From contig NC_045696.1 of assembly GCF_009834535.1 (NCBI RefSeq), positions 86,988,001 to 87,052,000 of the forward strand: 64,000 nucleotides of DNA. The letters run 5' to 3'. The stretch comes from Camelus ferus (lineage: Eukaryota). Of this stretch, positions 1 to 12,690 are shown piece by piece (positions within the stretch are counted from its first letter, which is position 1; the number at the start of each line of letters is the position of its first letter). The notes beneath the pieces were generated by a model. It had not been told where the DNA came from, ran no database searches, and worked only from the letters and a program-made list of their open reading frames with translations. The position numbers were made by a program, and so were the translations under genes.

Positions 1-864
1 TTAGAAAGTTTCTCCATACTAGTCTCTAGAAAGTTATGAGATTCACATCAAATTTACTCTATTCATTTTTAATAATATTTAAAATTTTAATTTTAACATT
101 AAATTTTAATGTTTCATCTATAATAATAAGTAAATCATCATTTCCAACTAAAATTATAACTGGCATTACAATATTGTCCTATGGTTTAGGAATACAGAAA
201 ATTCCCCCTTACTTAGCTTACTATTCCCTAAATATCTGGGAATTAGCATTGATAGGGGAGCAAAAAGCTTAATTAAAATGAAAGTTTACTCTCAAAATGA
301 AATATTAAAGGATTATCAGTTCCTACTTTAGTGTCTCTCATCTATTCTCAATTTAATCAACTTGTCTCTCAATTGCAGGCTAAAACCTTTTTGTTCTTTT
401 CAAACATCAGGTGAATCACATTAAAAATCATAAGAGCAAATCAGACAAAGACATGTGGGAAATCTAGAATTTAATTAGATTGTAATCTAATCTTCATTAG
501 TCATTAGTTCAGTAGTTCAGTAGTCTTTAGATATGCGTCAAAAATTACATGGAGATATTTAGACTTACTGGCTTTTTTAATGCAATAAGAGTCAAAGAAA
601 CAAATTACAAAGAGTGGTCAAATTTACTGAAAGTTTACAGAATTCTATAGATAAGCTATTAGTGAATGTGTAGAGCTTGAATCCAAGCGCATAGCCCTTG
701 TGAAATACCCATTTCAAAATTAGGGAGTCATTAATGAAACAACTTTTGATGGTGATTGGCATGTCTCATTGTGGTCAGCAACTAAAATCAGGTATAATCA
801 CCTAAATTAAAATCTTTGGTTATGGTCTTCGAGTTGCCACCAAGGTGATATATCCCTATTCTTT

Positions 865-1367
865 AAGTTCTCTCTCACAGCTAAAATCCTTAAGACGTAA
901 TAAAACAAACAAGCCTTAAAATATCTGAAAGGTGGAAAGAAGAAGATGGGCTACCTAGGGACCTGTGGACTTGAGGAATGACATGATTTTGGTTTTCTGG
1001 ATTTTTTTTTTTTTTATTGCCTCCCATATATACCAAACAGAACTCTACAGAGGCTTCTAACCTGGAACTGCCAACAAGCAGATGAAAAACTTCCCAGCAA
1101 AGCCAGCTTCCCTAGTTAAAGAATCTGGAAGTGAATGTCCTAACAGAACATAGAATCTTCATGGCAATACTCTATCCCAGTCCAGCCAAACATCAGTAGA
1201 AGTATTTCCCTGACCTTGTGGTTTCAAATGAGTCCATGTAAGTTGCTTGTCTTCCATCTCACTCCTAGTCCCCCATCCCATGGATTCAGGTGGTGCACCC
1301 TGATTCTCTGGCTGGGCAGGGTTGGCAGGACCCAGGGGAAGCAGATCTTCCATTCCTCCCCCCCACC
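865..1367 (+). mobile_element. Ancient L1M (L1MC/L1M4-like) 5' UTR fragment, left part
   Basis: Contains 'ggaaagaagaagatgggctacctagggacctgtggacttgaggaatgacatg' and later GC-richer 'ggcaggacccaggggaagcagatcttcc' units, resembling old L1M 5' regions (recalled). The same sequence style resumes at 4659. Confidence 0.55.
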
Positions 1368-2481
1368 TTTTTTTTTTTTTAACATCCATATGATATAATG
1401 CTTTAGGAACAGTTTAGAATTTTGGCAGAGGAAACTGTATTCCTAGTTCTTATAATATACAGGGGGATATAGCTGGGGAGAACAAATTGGTACAAAATAT
1501 TTTTCCACACTCTTAATAGGATTCTATGCTGTCGATTCAGCTAAAAAGTAAGCAGAATACAAAATGGATTGCGTATCTATTACAGTCAGGATCTATTTCA
1601 AGCCACTTGGATTTCTTGGTTAGGGTGCTGTGTAATATAACTCTCAGCTAAGTGGAGGAAATTGTTCTCAGAGAATCGTACTGAAATCTATCTATCCTGT
1701 TGATATTTCATACAGACATTCATTACATTAGCAGCTTTGGCAAAAGACAGAGGTATGTAACCTTTTCCTGTATACCTTAAATGTATTTGTTGCCTGCTTT
1801 TTTCAAGTAGGTACCCCCATCACCTAAACAAGGCATCAGTCTTAGCATTTTAACCATTTTCTGAACTAGTAACTAGTTATTGGCTATATGATCCACTTTA
1901 ATTCTTTCTTGAAATTTCCATATGGAATTTTACAATTGCATTAACTATACAAGGCTATTGCTAGAATCCAGTCGTCTAGGGCAGGGGTTGGCAAATTACT
2001 GTAACAACTTTAGCAAGAATTTTCTTGATGCATTAAAATCCAAGAGCATTAAGTTACTTTCAATGATTCCATCAAGCAAAGACCTTCTTCTAAAGTACAG
2101 TGAGGATACGAGCCTTTTTTAATCTGACCTACAGCCGCTGTGGCTGATCTACAGTCCTTGTGGAGCAGATCTACCGGGTACCATGATTGGCACATACAGC
2201 TGAACACAGAACAATGGTCTCAAGAGTCAGCAGGACCCAAGGGATCATGTATGCCCAGAGAGTATCCAGTTCTTAGTTCATTATCACATATAATGCCTTA
2301 ATTCTGCCTTTTCTATCTTCTTGCTCTTGACTTCTTCAACTGATGTTTCATCATCTGCGGGGAGAATGGTTGCATAATTCCAAACTGCTTTCTTACCCCA
2401 ATTTGGAACTCCCATTAGTCATTAGGCTGCTTGCTTTTCTTTTTCTTTTTTTTTTTTTTTAATGGGAATGGTTTGTTCGTC

Positions 2482-4658
2482 TTTATTTTTATTTATTTAT
2501 TTATTTATTTACATTTTTATTGATTTATAATCATTTTACAATGTTGTGTCAAATTCCAGTGTAGAGCACAATTTTTCAGTTATACATGAACATATATATA
2601 TTCATTGTCATATTTTTTTCTCTGTGAGCTACAATAAGATGTTGTATATATTTCCTTCTGCTATACAGTATAATCTTGTTTATCTATTCTGCAATTTTGA
2701 AATCCCAGTCTGTCCCTTCCCACTCCCCACCCCCTTGGCAACCACAAGTTTGTATTCCATGTCTATGAGTCTGTTTCTGTTTTGTATTTATGTTTTGTTT
2801 GTTTGTTTGTTTTTTAGATTCCACATATGAGCAATCTCATATGGTATTTTTCTTTCTCTTTCTGGCTTACTTCACTTAGAAAGACATTCTCCAGGAACAT
2901 CCATGTTGCTGCAAATGGAATTATGTTGCCGGTTTTTATGGATGAATAGTATTCCATTGTATAAATATACCACTTCTGCTTTATCCAATCATCTGTTGAT
3001 GGACATTTAGGCTGCTTCCATGTCTTGGCTATTGTAAATAGTGCTGCTATGAGCACTGGGGTGCAGGTGTCATTCTGAAGTAGGGTTCCTTCTGGATATA
3101 TGCCCAGGAGCGGGATTCCTGGGTCATATGGTAAGTCTATTCCTAGTCTTTTGACGAATCTCCATACTGTTTTCCACAGTGGCTGCACCAAACTGCATTC
3201 CCACCAGCAGTGTAGGAGGGTTCCCCTTTCTCCACAGCCTCTCCAGCATTTGTCATTTGTGGACATTTGAATGATGGCCATTCTGACTGGTGTGAGGTGA
3301 TACCTCATTGTAGTTTTGATTTGCATTTCTCTGATAATTAGTGATATTGAGCATTTTTTCATGTGCCTATTGATCATTTGTATGTCTTCCTTGGAGAATT
3401 GCATGTTTAGGTCTTCTGCCCATTTTTGGATTGGGTTATTTGTTTTTTTCTTATTAAGTCGTATGAGCTGCTTATATATTCTGGAGATCAAGCCTTTGTC
3501 AGTTTCATTTGCAAAAATTTTCTCCCATTCTGTAGGTTGTTGTTTTGTTTTACTTATGGTTTCCTTTGCTGTGCAGAAGCTTGTAAGTTTAATTAGGTCC
3601 CATTTGTTTATTCTTGCTTATATTTCTATTTCTTGGGTAGACTGCCCTAGGAGAGCATTTTTGAGATGTATGTCAGATAATGTTTTGCCTTTATTTTCCT
3701 CTAGGAGGTTTACTGTATCTTGTCTTATGTTTAAGTCTTTGATCCATTTTGAGTTGACTTTTGTGTATGGTGTAAGGGAGTGTTCTAGCTTCATTGCTTT
3801 ACATGCTGCTGTCCAGTTTTCCCAACACCATTTGCTGAAGAGACTGTCTTTATTCCATTATATATTCTTGACCCCTTTGTCAAAGATGAGTTGACCAAAA
3901 GTTTGTGGGTTCATTTCTGGGCTCTCTATTCTGTTCCATTGGTCTATATGTCTGTTTTGATACCACTACCATTCTGCCTTGATTACTGTAGCTCTGTAGT
4001 ATTGTCTGAAGTCTGGAAGAGTTATTCCTCCAGCCTCTTTCTTTTTCTTCAGTAATGCTTTGGCAATTCTAGGTCTTTTGTGGTTCCATATAAATTTTAT
4101 TATGATTTGTTCTAGTTCTGTGAAATAGGTCCTGGGTGATTTGATAGGGATTGCATTAAATCTGTAGATTGCCTTGGGCAGTGTGACCATTTAAACAACA
4201 TTGATTCTTCCAATCCAGGAGCATTGGCTATCTTTCCCTTTTTTTAAGTCTTCTTTAATTTCTTTAATCAGTGTTTTATAGTTTTCCATGTATAAGTCTT
4301 TCACCTCCTTACTTAGATTTACTCCTAGGTATTTTATTACTTTGGGTGCTATTTTAAAGGGGATTGTTTCTTTACTTTTTTTTTCTGTTGATTTATCATT
4401 AGTGTAAAGAATGATTTTTGAACATTAATCTTGTAACCTGCTACCTTGCTGAATTCTTCGATTATTTCTAGCAGTTTTTGTGTGGAGCTTTTAGAGTTTT
4501 CTATATATAGTATCATGTCATCTGCATATAGTGACACTTTTACCTCTTCTTTTCCAATTTGGATCCCTTTTATTTCTCTCTCTTGCCTGACTGCTGTGGC
4601 TAGGACTTCCAAGACTACGTTGAAGAGGAGTGGTGATGGTGGGCAGCCTTGTCTTGTC
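2482..4658 (-). mobile_element. Young 5'-truncated LINE-1 (camelid-like): 3' half of ORF2, 3' UTR and (TAAA)n tail
   Basis: Minus-strand ORF pieces give L1 ORF2 motifs: [19 protein letters not shown] and [10 protein letters not shown] (RT, 4349-4658), [14 protein letters not shown] and GGITLPDF (3966-4190), and [18 protein letters not shown] (C-terminal Cys domain, 2814-3491). The (TTTA)n tail lies at 2482-2510. Confidence 0.97.
2814..4658 (-). pseudogene. Frameshifted L1 ORF2 remnant (RT to C-terminus)
   Basis: ORF2 homology is split over separate ORFs (2814-3491, 3966-4190, 4349-4720) by stops and indels. There is no endonuclease domain or ORF1. Confidence 0.93.
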
Positions 4659-5285
4659 TCTTCCATCCCCTTTTGATCAAACCAAGCAGTGCTCTGATTT
4701 ACAAGTCTGGGTAGTGCCAAAGTCAGCAGGGAACAGTAGCAACAAGATTCAATAAGATGGTGTCAGTTGGGGTTAGCACTTCACTCCACTGTTCCCTCTG
4801 TATCAGTAGAGTAGGGAGCTGGACCTCCGCACACATATGTCAGGAAAAAGAATGAACCAGGCAGTGGGTGGCAGGGTACCTGGACCTCATCTCCCCTTCT
4901 CTCCACACTGTCAGCAGGGCTCAGCAGAGTATTAAGCCTCCACCCTCATTCAGAATCAAAAAGATTGAGCAAGCAAGGTGGAGATGAGGTTTAACTGGTA
5001 TTTGACGTCTCCCTTTTCTTGGTGTTGATGATGCTCCGTAGGGAGTTAAGCCTCCACCCCTACCTGGAGTCAATGAGGAGGAATTGGGTGATGCTATTGG
5101 CAATCAGCTTCGCCTTCCCTCTATGCTGATGCCAGAAGTTTCCCCACCTGCTGTTAGCAGTGCTTGGGGAAAGCTGACAACCTTCTCTCCCCTAGCACAT
5201 GGTGAACATCAGTGCTCCACTTTCTACAGAAAGCTACCAGCAAGGACCAGAGAATGGAGACTGAACTTTCACACCACCACAGGAA
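4659..5285 (+). mobile_element. Ancient L1M 5' UTR fragment, right part (continues 865-1367)
   Basis: Degenerate repeated units such as 'tcagcagggctcagcagagtattaagcctccaccc', 'gggagttaagcctccacccc' and 'gactgaactttcacaccacc'. Confidence 0.55.
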
Positions 5286-6079
5286 AATATTTAAAAGAAA
5301 CAAAGCATATACATAGTATTAATATATTTGTAAAGAAATCTTACCAATTTGAAAACGCATGTGTAAAGATTCAGCAATTACGGGCTATTATTTTAAGTCT
5401 GACAATCCCAATTTAAAATTCAATTGTAAAAGAGCACAAGTACATTTAAGTCACCATTCTACTAGGCTTATATACAGGATTAGAAAATTAATTCCTGTAT
5501 TTATAAACTTAAATTATTTGACATAATTAAAGTTTTACACACTTGGAAATTGTCAGTCCAATCACTGAAGTTCTTAAAAACTAAATCAACACCATTAAAA
5601 CAACAAATGCAATTTTTAAATGCTTGAAGATATTTATTTACCTAAGTTTAAAACTGAGGCTAATTATTAATCAAAAATCATTAAAAGTGTTCATTCAAAT
5701 TTGCCAGCACAGAGTAAGTGATGAGCTTAAAAGATTAAGGAGTAATTAAATGTTCATATTTCTAAGTAGACTATTAAACTTTGGAACCGTATGAAAATAT
5801 GAGCAGTCAATTTAAATCAAGGTCCACATATTCTGACACTCTAAAAAGTATGTCAAGTGATTCTTCCTGACTTCACTCTACCTGCTGGCAGACAGTATAC
5901 TTTCCGAGAGGCAAAATATATTTTCAGATTGCACCTGAGCCGTTCGATATGCCCAGAAATCTTCCTTAGTCCTAATAAGTCAAGAAAGAGCACAAGTATG
6001 TGCGCATGTTCTTCAGTGTTATCCTTCAGATTCTATCTAGTGTTTGCCAGTTTTCTCCTCTAAAGGATAAAATGTTAAT

Positions 6080-7170
6080 CCTGTGTCTCATTTGTGCATA
6101 ATAATATTTTTGCTTAAACAAGATAATGAACCATACCACATTTTCATCTCACAGAACCTACAAGAGAAATATAAAGGAATCTTTGTATCCGAAAAAAGAA
6201 GAAGAAAAAAAAAAGATCCAGTCACTATGAAATGGAAATAACATAAAAGTAAGATGACTATTTTAAAAAACAGGAAATTCAAAAATTCAGTATGAGAACT
6301 AGAATGTGAAATAATGAAAATACACAAAGGGGAGAAGAGATAATAAATAATGTAAAATTTTAACAAAGGAAATATAAGAAAATTCAATAAAATAAATAAT
6401 CTAGCAGGCCTAAAGTTCATGAAAAGATTGTGGTAAGATGAAATCAGAAAAAGGATGATAGGGAATTATTGATTTTTATTTGAAGAGTTAAAATTTCTCA
6501 AAATAACAAGTGGTGGGGAAGAGATGTTACAACATTAGAATTACACGCCATGTCTAGACAGCAATCAATAGAGAACTGAGAAGAATGGTGAAGACCTGGA
6601 TGTGTGGGAGGTCACAGGAAAAATAAAATAGAATTTAGAGATTTTCTTATGTGTTTTAAGATTGGAAACGTCAGTAGGCATTTCACAGGTCTACTGAGCA
6701 CTTGAAAAATTAATAATAAAGTGTAAAAATTAAGAAGGTGACCAATAAGTCCATGAAATACGAAAAAGGTAAAAATTTAATACAAATGATAAAAATTTGG
6801 TTTATCATTTTGTTTTCAGAATGAAAAGTAATGCTAATTAAAATAATAATCTGTTATATCACTATTAGGAAAGTGAAGAAAGGTAAGTGAGGGTAGGTTA
6901 GTAAAATTTTTTAAATTCCATTGAAAAAAAATCAATAGATACTATTATATGAACATACTATACCACATTATGCAGCCAAAAATATCAGAAGAAATTACCC
7001 AGCTTAAAATTGTTATAAGCCAATTTATCTTAGGAGTGAAGATAAAAGCCAAACCACAGTTTTTATGATTATTATTATTATAAAATTGCAGAACTATTTG
7101 ATATATTTCAATCTGTATAAATGTATTCATTTTATAAAGATATTAAGAAAATTTTTAAAGAAATAAAACA
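6080..7170 (+). mobile_element. Highly degraded L1ME/HAL1-like fragment
   Basis: A-rich, purine-skewed plus strand with vague L1-like phrases; no intact motif. Confidence 0.3.
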
Positions 7171-8999
7171 ATGGTCTCAATATGAAGAAATCTGGTACAG
7201 TAGTTTGGGACTGTTTTTGTAATGAATGATAATATGTGATTATTCTCTATTCCCTTAAACTGATTTCATTATTCTTAATTAATATTGCTGTGGCATTATA
7301 AATTACTACTTAAAACTAAAACAAAAAGAAAAGTACCTCCATGCATTGTGGGAGGTGAGACTATTATAATAACTACATGCTCCTCCTTTCTCTCTTTCCA
7401 GTGGTTATGCCCTGTAAATAAAGAACAACCCGGGGGGAGGAGGGGAAGAAAGAAAAGAAAAGAAAAAAAAAGAATAATATGGACTTTGTAGAAATGGAAG
7501 GAGTGCCATGTCTCAAATAACAACCAAACCAACAAAAAACAGGGCCAGCAACTTCAGGGATATCCCAACACAGGAATGTTTATATAATATTGAGCTTTCC
7601 TGAGGTTACTGGTTCTAAGGAGACTAGTGGTTACTGGTCCTAAGGAGACCAGTCCATCTTAATTGGTGAATTCTATCTTACATTTATTAATCATCATGTC
7701 CTCACCATTAGACAAAAGTACATAAGTTGAGTAAGGTGGTGTAAGACTTCATTATACAGAGTAATTTTTAGAAAGTTCTCTCCCATTCCCTCTTTTTTTC
7801 ATTCCCCAAATTTACTTTTTCTAATAATCTCATTTATAATGCTTAATATTCTTATCTCCTCATTTTTAGAGCACAATGTGGTTTAAAACTTAAAACGAAA
7901 ATGGTGGAATTATTTCCATCAGTTGCTTAAGTACTTTTATCTCATTGTCACTGAGGTGTTATTCCTAAATTCTCTACTAACATTTAAAAGTCAGTATATA
8001 ATATGTTGTATAAAATACTTAAACTCAGAAAGCAAAAATACACATACTTATTTTTTAGCTTAAAAGACAGTTTTCTTTTTTTAAACTACTACTATTCTCT
8101 TTTGCCTGGATAGTCTTATATTTAACTCAAAAATATATGGTGAATATCATCTATGGATAAAGTTGTATTCTGAATACTGCAAGAGCAAAGTTATCAACAT
8201 GACTTTAGTCAGATTGGCTTCAACATGCTGTGTATATGCATAAGGAAAGAAAACCATGAACTGTATACATAGAGATTAAATACTATTAATAATATTCATT
8301 GTCATATTTAAACAGTTGAAAAGTCTTAAGTTTTTAAAATCTATATCTATCTCTTTATACTTTTCTTTGTTATCAAATAACATATAATTTCAAAGAGTAA
8401 AGAAAAATATATAAATAAGACCACGTAGCAAGGAGGACAAGGCTGTGTGTTACAATTATTGAGAGAAGCAGGCATAAACGAGCACAGGCAATCAATCAAG
8501 TATAACTGACTACACTGTGTAAATTTAAATGTGCAAAGAGAGAGTAGTGTGCTGTAAATTACACCACTGAAAAGCAAGCTGGAAAAAAAAAATTAAGAAA
8601 GCAAAAGGTGAGCCATTTAAAGGTTGTGAGGAATGAGATGCTGTGACTGAAATTTCATTTTGTCTTTCTGTTAAGACTGACATCCTTTGGTATTGTAACT
8701 ACAAAATTAATTCAATCTAACCAAAGAACAAAAAAGACAATAGGTTAATTAGATGTTAGACATTTTTCCTTACCAGCATAGGGTGCCTTCAGGTCTTAAA
8801 TATCATCAGACAGCATGAAACTGAGTGCCGTAGATACCCAACTGATCAAATTAATTGCAACATTTTTACCAAACCCTACCATGTGCAGCTCATCTTCTTG
8901 GCTGGGATTAGCAGTTTCTTCCCCAGGTCCCACAAAAACTACAAACATACTATGAAACACACCACACCAGATTATACCAAAAGTTCTCTTTCCTAGTTT

Positions 9000-9240
9000 A
9001 TCCATCAATACTCTTCTACCCAAACAGTTCTCAGATGATACTCTCTACCACATTCTGCCTCTAACGTCTACCTTGATATCAACTCTGGCATCCACTACTT
9101 CCCAGAAGTCCCTAATTTTATTTGAATAATGTGTATTTGGATTGCTGCAGTACCTCCTAATTTTTCTCCCTGAATCAACATTTACCCATTTCAAACTATT
9201 CTCCACATTGTTACCACCAGTTTGCTGCTAATACATACCT
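9000..9240 (+). mobile_element. L2 fragment
   Basis: 'ggattgctgcagtacctcctaatttttctccctgaatc...cccatttcaaactattctccacattg' is L2-like. Confidence 0.5.
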
Positions 9241-9269
9241 AATAACGTCATTATCATCATCATTATAAT

Positions 9270-9405
9270 GATACTACCCACTATTTAAGTAGACTCTATG
9301 TGCTATGCTCTTTTTATGTTTTTTTCATATATATTTACTCAGTTTTTCATTATAGTAAGCTTTGTGTTAAGTACAATTATGAGATCCATTTTAAAGATGA
9401 AGTGA
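9270..9405 (-). mobile_element. MIR SINE fragment
   Basis: 'ccactatttaagtagactctatgtgc...ccattttaaagatgaag' matches the antisense MIR core. Confidence 0.5.
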
Positions 9406-9556
9406 GAAATATATACATACATAAATTGTATACATAAATTTCATATACTGTGTATAATATATATCCATTAAAATACAGAGTAGATCTAAGTATTAACATT
9501 ACAAAAAATGAATAATAATTACAATGTTTCCAAAAAAGATATCTTTAAACAATATG

Positions 9557-10195
9557 TGCAATTCCACTCCTGGGCATATATCCAGAGAAAATTCTAATTC
9601 AAAAAGACATACACCCCTATGTTCATAGCAGCACTATTTATAATAGCCAAGACATGAAAGTAACCTAAATGTCCAACAGATAAATGGATAAAGATTTGCT
9701 ATATATACAATGGAATGTTACGCAGCCATTAAAAAAAAAAAGAAAAAGAAATAATGCCATTTGCAGCAACATGGATGGACCTGGAGATCATCATTCTAAG
9801 TGAAGTAAGTCAGACAGACAAAGACAAATATCATATGATGTCACTTATATGTGCAATCTAAAAAAATATGATACAAATGAACTTATTTACAAAACAGAAA
9901 AAGACTCATAGACATGGAAAAAAAGTTATGGTTACCAAAGGGGATAGTGGGGGGTGGGAAAGAAATAAATCAGGAGTTTGAGATTAACATACACACACTA
10001 CTATATATAAAATAGATAAACAAAGACCTACTCTACAGCACAATGGAACTATATGTAATAATCTAAAATGAAAAAGAACCTTAAAAAGAACATATATATG
10101 AATACATATATATGTAACTGAATCTATTTGCTGTACACATGAAATGAACACAACATTGTAAATTAACTCTACGTCAATGAAAAAATGGTTTAAAA
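9557..10195 (+). mobile_element. 5'-truncated LINE-1 3' end (ORF2 tail and 3' UTR)
   Basis: 'gcaattccactcctgggcatatatccagag', 'atgccatttgcagcaacatggatggacctggag', G-rich tract near 9940 and an A-rich end near 10180. Confidence 0.93.
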
Positions 10196-10639
10196 ACAGT
10201 GTTTATTCTTTCAGTAACATGTGGTGAGGTGTGACACAGTTCAAAGCACATCAAGAAGCTATTATTTCAATCATTTTGAGACTTTTTTCGAGATCACTGT
10301 GCATGCCTATGGGGTGATTTCCCACATATTTAACCTTTTTTGTCCTTTGATTTTTTTATCCTTTGAAGCTATCACCTGGTGCCAAGTCTTATATTATAAG
10401 ATAAGCAATCTATCAATTTAGGTGTTATGAAGACTAGGTCAAACAATAAAATTATGTTTAACTATAATGGACTTTCTTTCACCCTCCTTTTCCTTCTCTG
10501 TTTCCTCCCTCATCCTGTTATAATATATAAATGGGTTTCAACCATAATTATTATAATGATAATTAAGGTAAATGATATTTGAGCACTAAATTACTTTACA
10601 TTTCTAAATCTCATATAGCCGTATGAACTCTAGAACCAT

Positions 10640-10810
10640 TCAGACTATGTTCAAGTCCAGAGTCTGACAACTACCAGCCATGTGACCATGATCAAGTTAC
10701 ATAATATTTTTGATGTTCACTTTGTTCATTCCACTAAACTGGGATATTACACATAGAGACATTGCAAAGCCTGGATATTAGTGGAGTTCATAATGCCTGG
10801 TCAACTTAAG
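10640..10810 (+). mobile_element. MIR fragment
   Basis: 'gttcaagtccagagtctgacaactaccagccatgtgaccatgatcaagttacataa' is a MIR core. Confidence 0.55.
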
Positions 10811-11514
10811 CAGTCACAGAATGACTTAGATTCACTGAGGTCAGATACAGAGACTACATGCTTTCTGGGTAGAATTCATAGTTAGACAGGAATTATCACT
10901 GGAAATAAATACTTCACTCAAGACAAAAGCTAAAGTTGCAAAAGGTTTTCTTTAATTTATCTTTTTTGAAAGAGTCTCCTTGATAAAGCAAATAAAACCA
11001 GAGAGAGATGAGGTATAGCAGTTATCAGAATAACCAGACCCCACTGTGGACCTATTAAATTCAAAGGAACAACATATTTTTTGAAAAAATAATCCAGAGC
11101 TATCCAGGTGCTTTGAATCAAACATGTGCTATCTTCCACTATTTCCTTGAAGATCACAAATCCAAAACAAGGTACACATTCACGGATTGTTAATTGAAAA
11201 TTAATACAGTAATCAAACTGTTTCAGAGCTATCTCACTGCTTTCTCATCTCTTGTGGTTTCTTGAATACATACCTATGGTTCTGATTTAGTCTCCCCCAA
11301 AAGTAGCATTACTATCTTCTCTAGTACTGGTCTAATCTCATTTACTCAAGTTTGGATATTTCCTAATGTCTTTTGTTGTTAAATTATTTCATTTTAATTT
11401 CTCAATGAGATGTCAATAACTGAAAGCATATTTCCAGTTTGTGAGACTTAGAAATTGCAATCACCCATCTTGGATTATAGCTTTTATTCCAGGGGAATTT
11501 TAACATGCCCCAAA

Positions 11515-12690
11515 TAGAAAACATGAATTCTCTGCACAGTAAAAGAAATGATTAAAAAAATGAAAAAGCAACCTATGAAATGGGAGAAAATATCTGCAAA
11601 ACACATATCTGATAAGGGATTAATATTCAAAATAGAAGAGAAACACAGTTCAACAGCAAAAACAAACAAGCACACAAATAAGCCAATTTTAAAATGGGCA
11701 AAGGATCTGAATAGACTTTTTTATAAAGAAGACATTCAAATGGCCAAAAGGAAAATGAAAAGGTGCTCAACATCACTAATCATCAGGAATATGCAAATCA
11801 AGACCACAATGAGGTACTACCTCACACATTTTAGAATTGTTATCATCAAAAAGACAAGAGATAGCAAGTGTTGGTGAGAATGTGGGAAAAAAAGGAATCC
11901 TTGGGCAATGTTGGTGGGAATGTAAATTAGTGCAGCCATATGGACAACAATATGGAGGCTCCTCAAAAAATTAGATATAGAACTACCATATGATCCAGCA
12001 ATTCAACTTCTAAGTATATATCCATAGGAAATGAAATCACTATGTTGAAAAGATATCTGTATTCCCACGTTCACTGCAGCATTATTTACAACAGTCAAGA
12101 CATGGAAACAATGTAAATGTCCACTGATGGATAAACAAAATGTCACACACACACACAGAGGAATATTATTCAGCCATAAAAAACAAGAAGGAAACTCTGC
12201 CATTGGTGACAACATGGATAACCTTGAGGGCATTTTGCAAAGAGAAATAAGTCAGATGGAAAAAGACAAATACCATATGACACTTATACGTGGAATATAA
12301 AAAATACAAACTCATAGAAAGAGAACAGATTGGTGATTATTAGAGGCAAGGGGTTGGGGGGTAGGGAAAATGAGTGAAGGTGTTCAAAAGTTACAAACTT
12401 CCAGTTATGAGATAAGTAAGTTCTGTGAATGAATATACAGTATGGTGATGAGAGTTCATAATAATTAACTGTATATTTTAAAGTTGCAAGGATAATAGAT
12501 CTTAAAAGTTCCCATTATAAGAGAAAAAAATTTGTAAATATGTGAGGTGGTGATGTTAACTAAACAAACTGTAGTAATGACTTTGCAATAAATACATATA
12601 TCAAATCATTATACTGTACACCTTAAATTTATAAGATGTTATACACCAATTATATCTCAATAAAACTGAGAGAAAAAATAAAGATAAAAG
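11515..12690 (+). mobile_element. L1MA9-like LINE-1 3' end
   Basis: ORF 11548-11877 is L1 ORF2 ([24 protein letters not shown]). The 3' UTR has 'aaagttacaaacttccagttatgagataagtaag' and ends 'tatatctcaataaaactg' plus an A-rich tail. Confidence 0.92.

Noticed and set aside
3316..3894. 192-aa plus-strand ORF, and similar ones at 20552-20893, 12003-12233 and 50619-51092
   Set aside because: These are antisense reading frames of L1 ORF2, not host genes.
8347..8577. Minus-strand ORF containing CNTQPCP, resembling the end of a thrombospondin type-1 repeat, downstream of a good acceptor-like 'ttttttttttccag'
   Set aside because: It lacks the WxxW, CSxxCG and RxR elements, and I found no convincing donor. 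It is likely a chance match.
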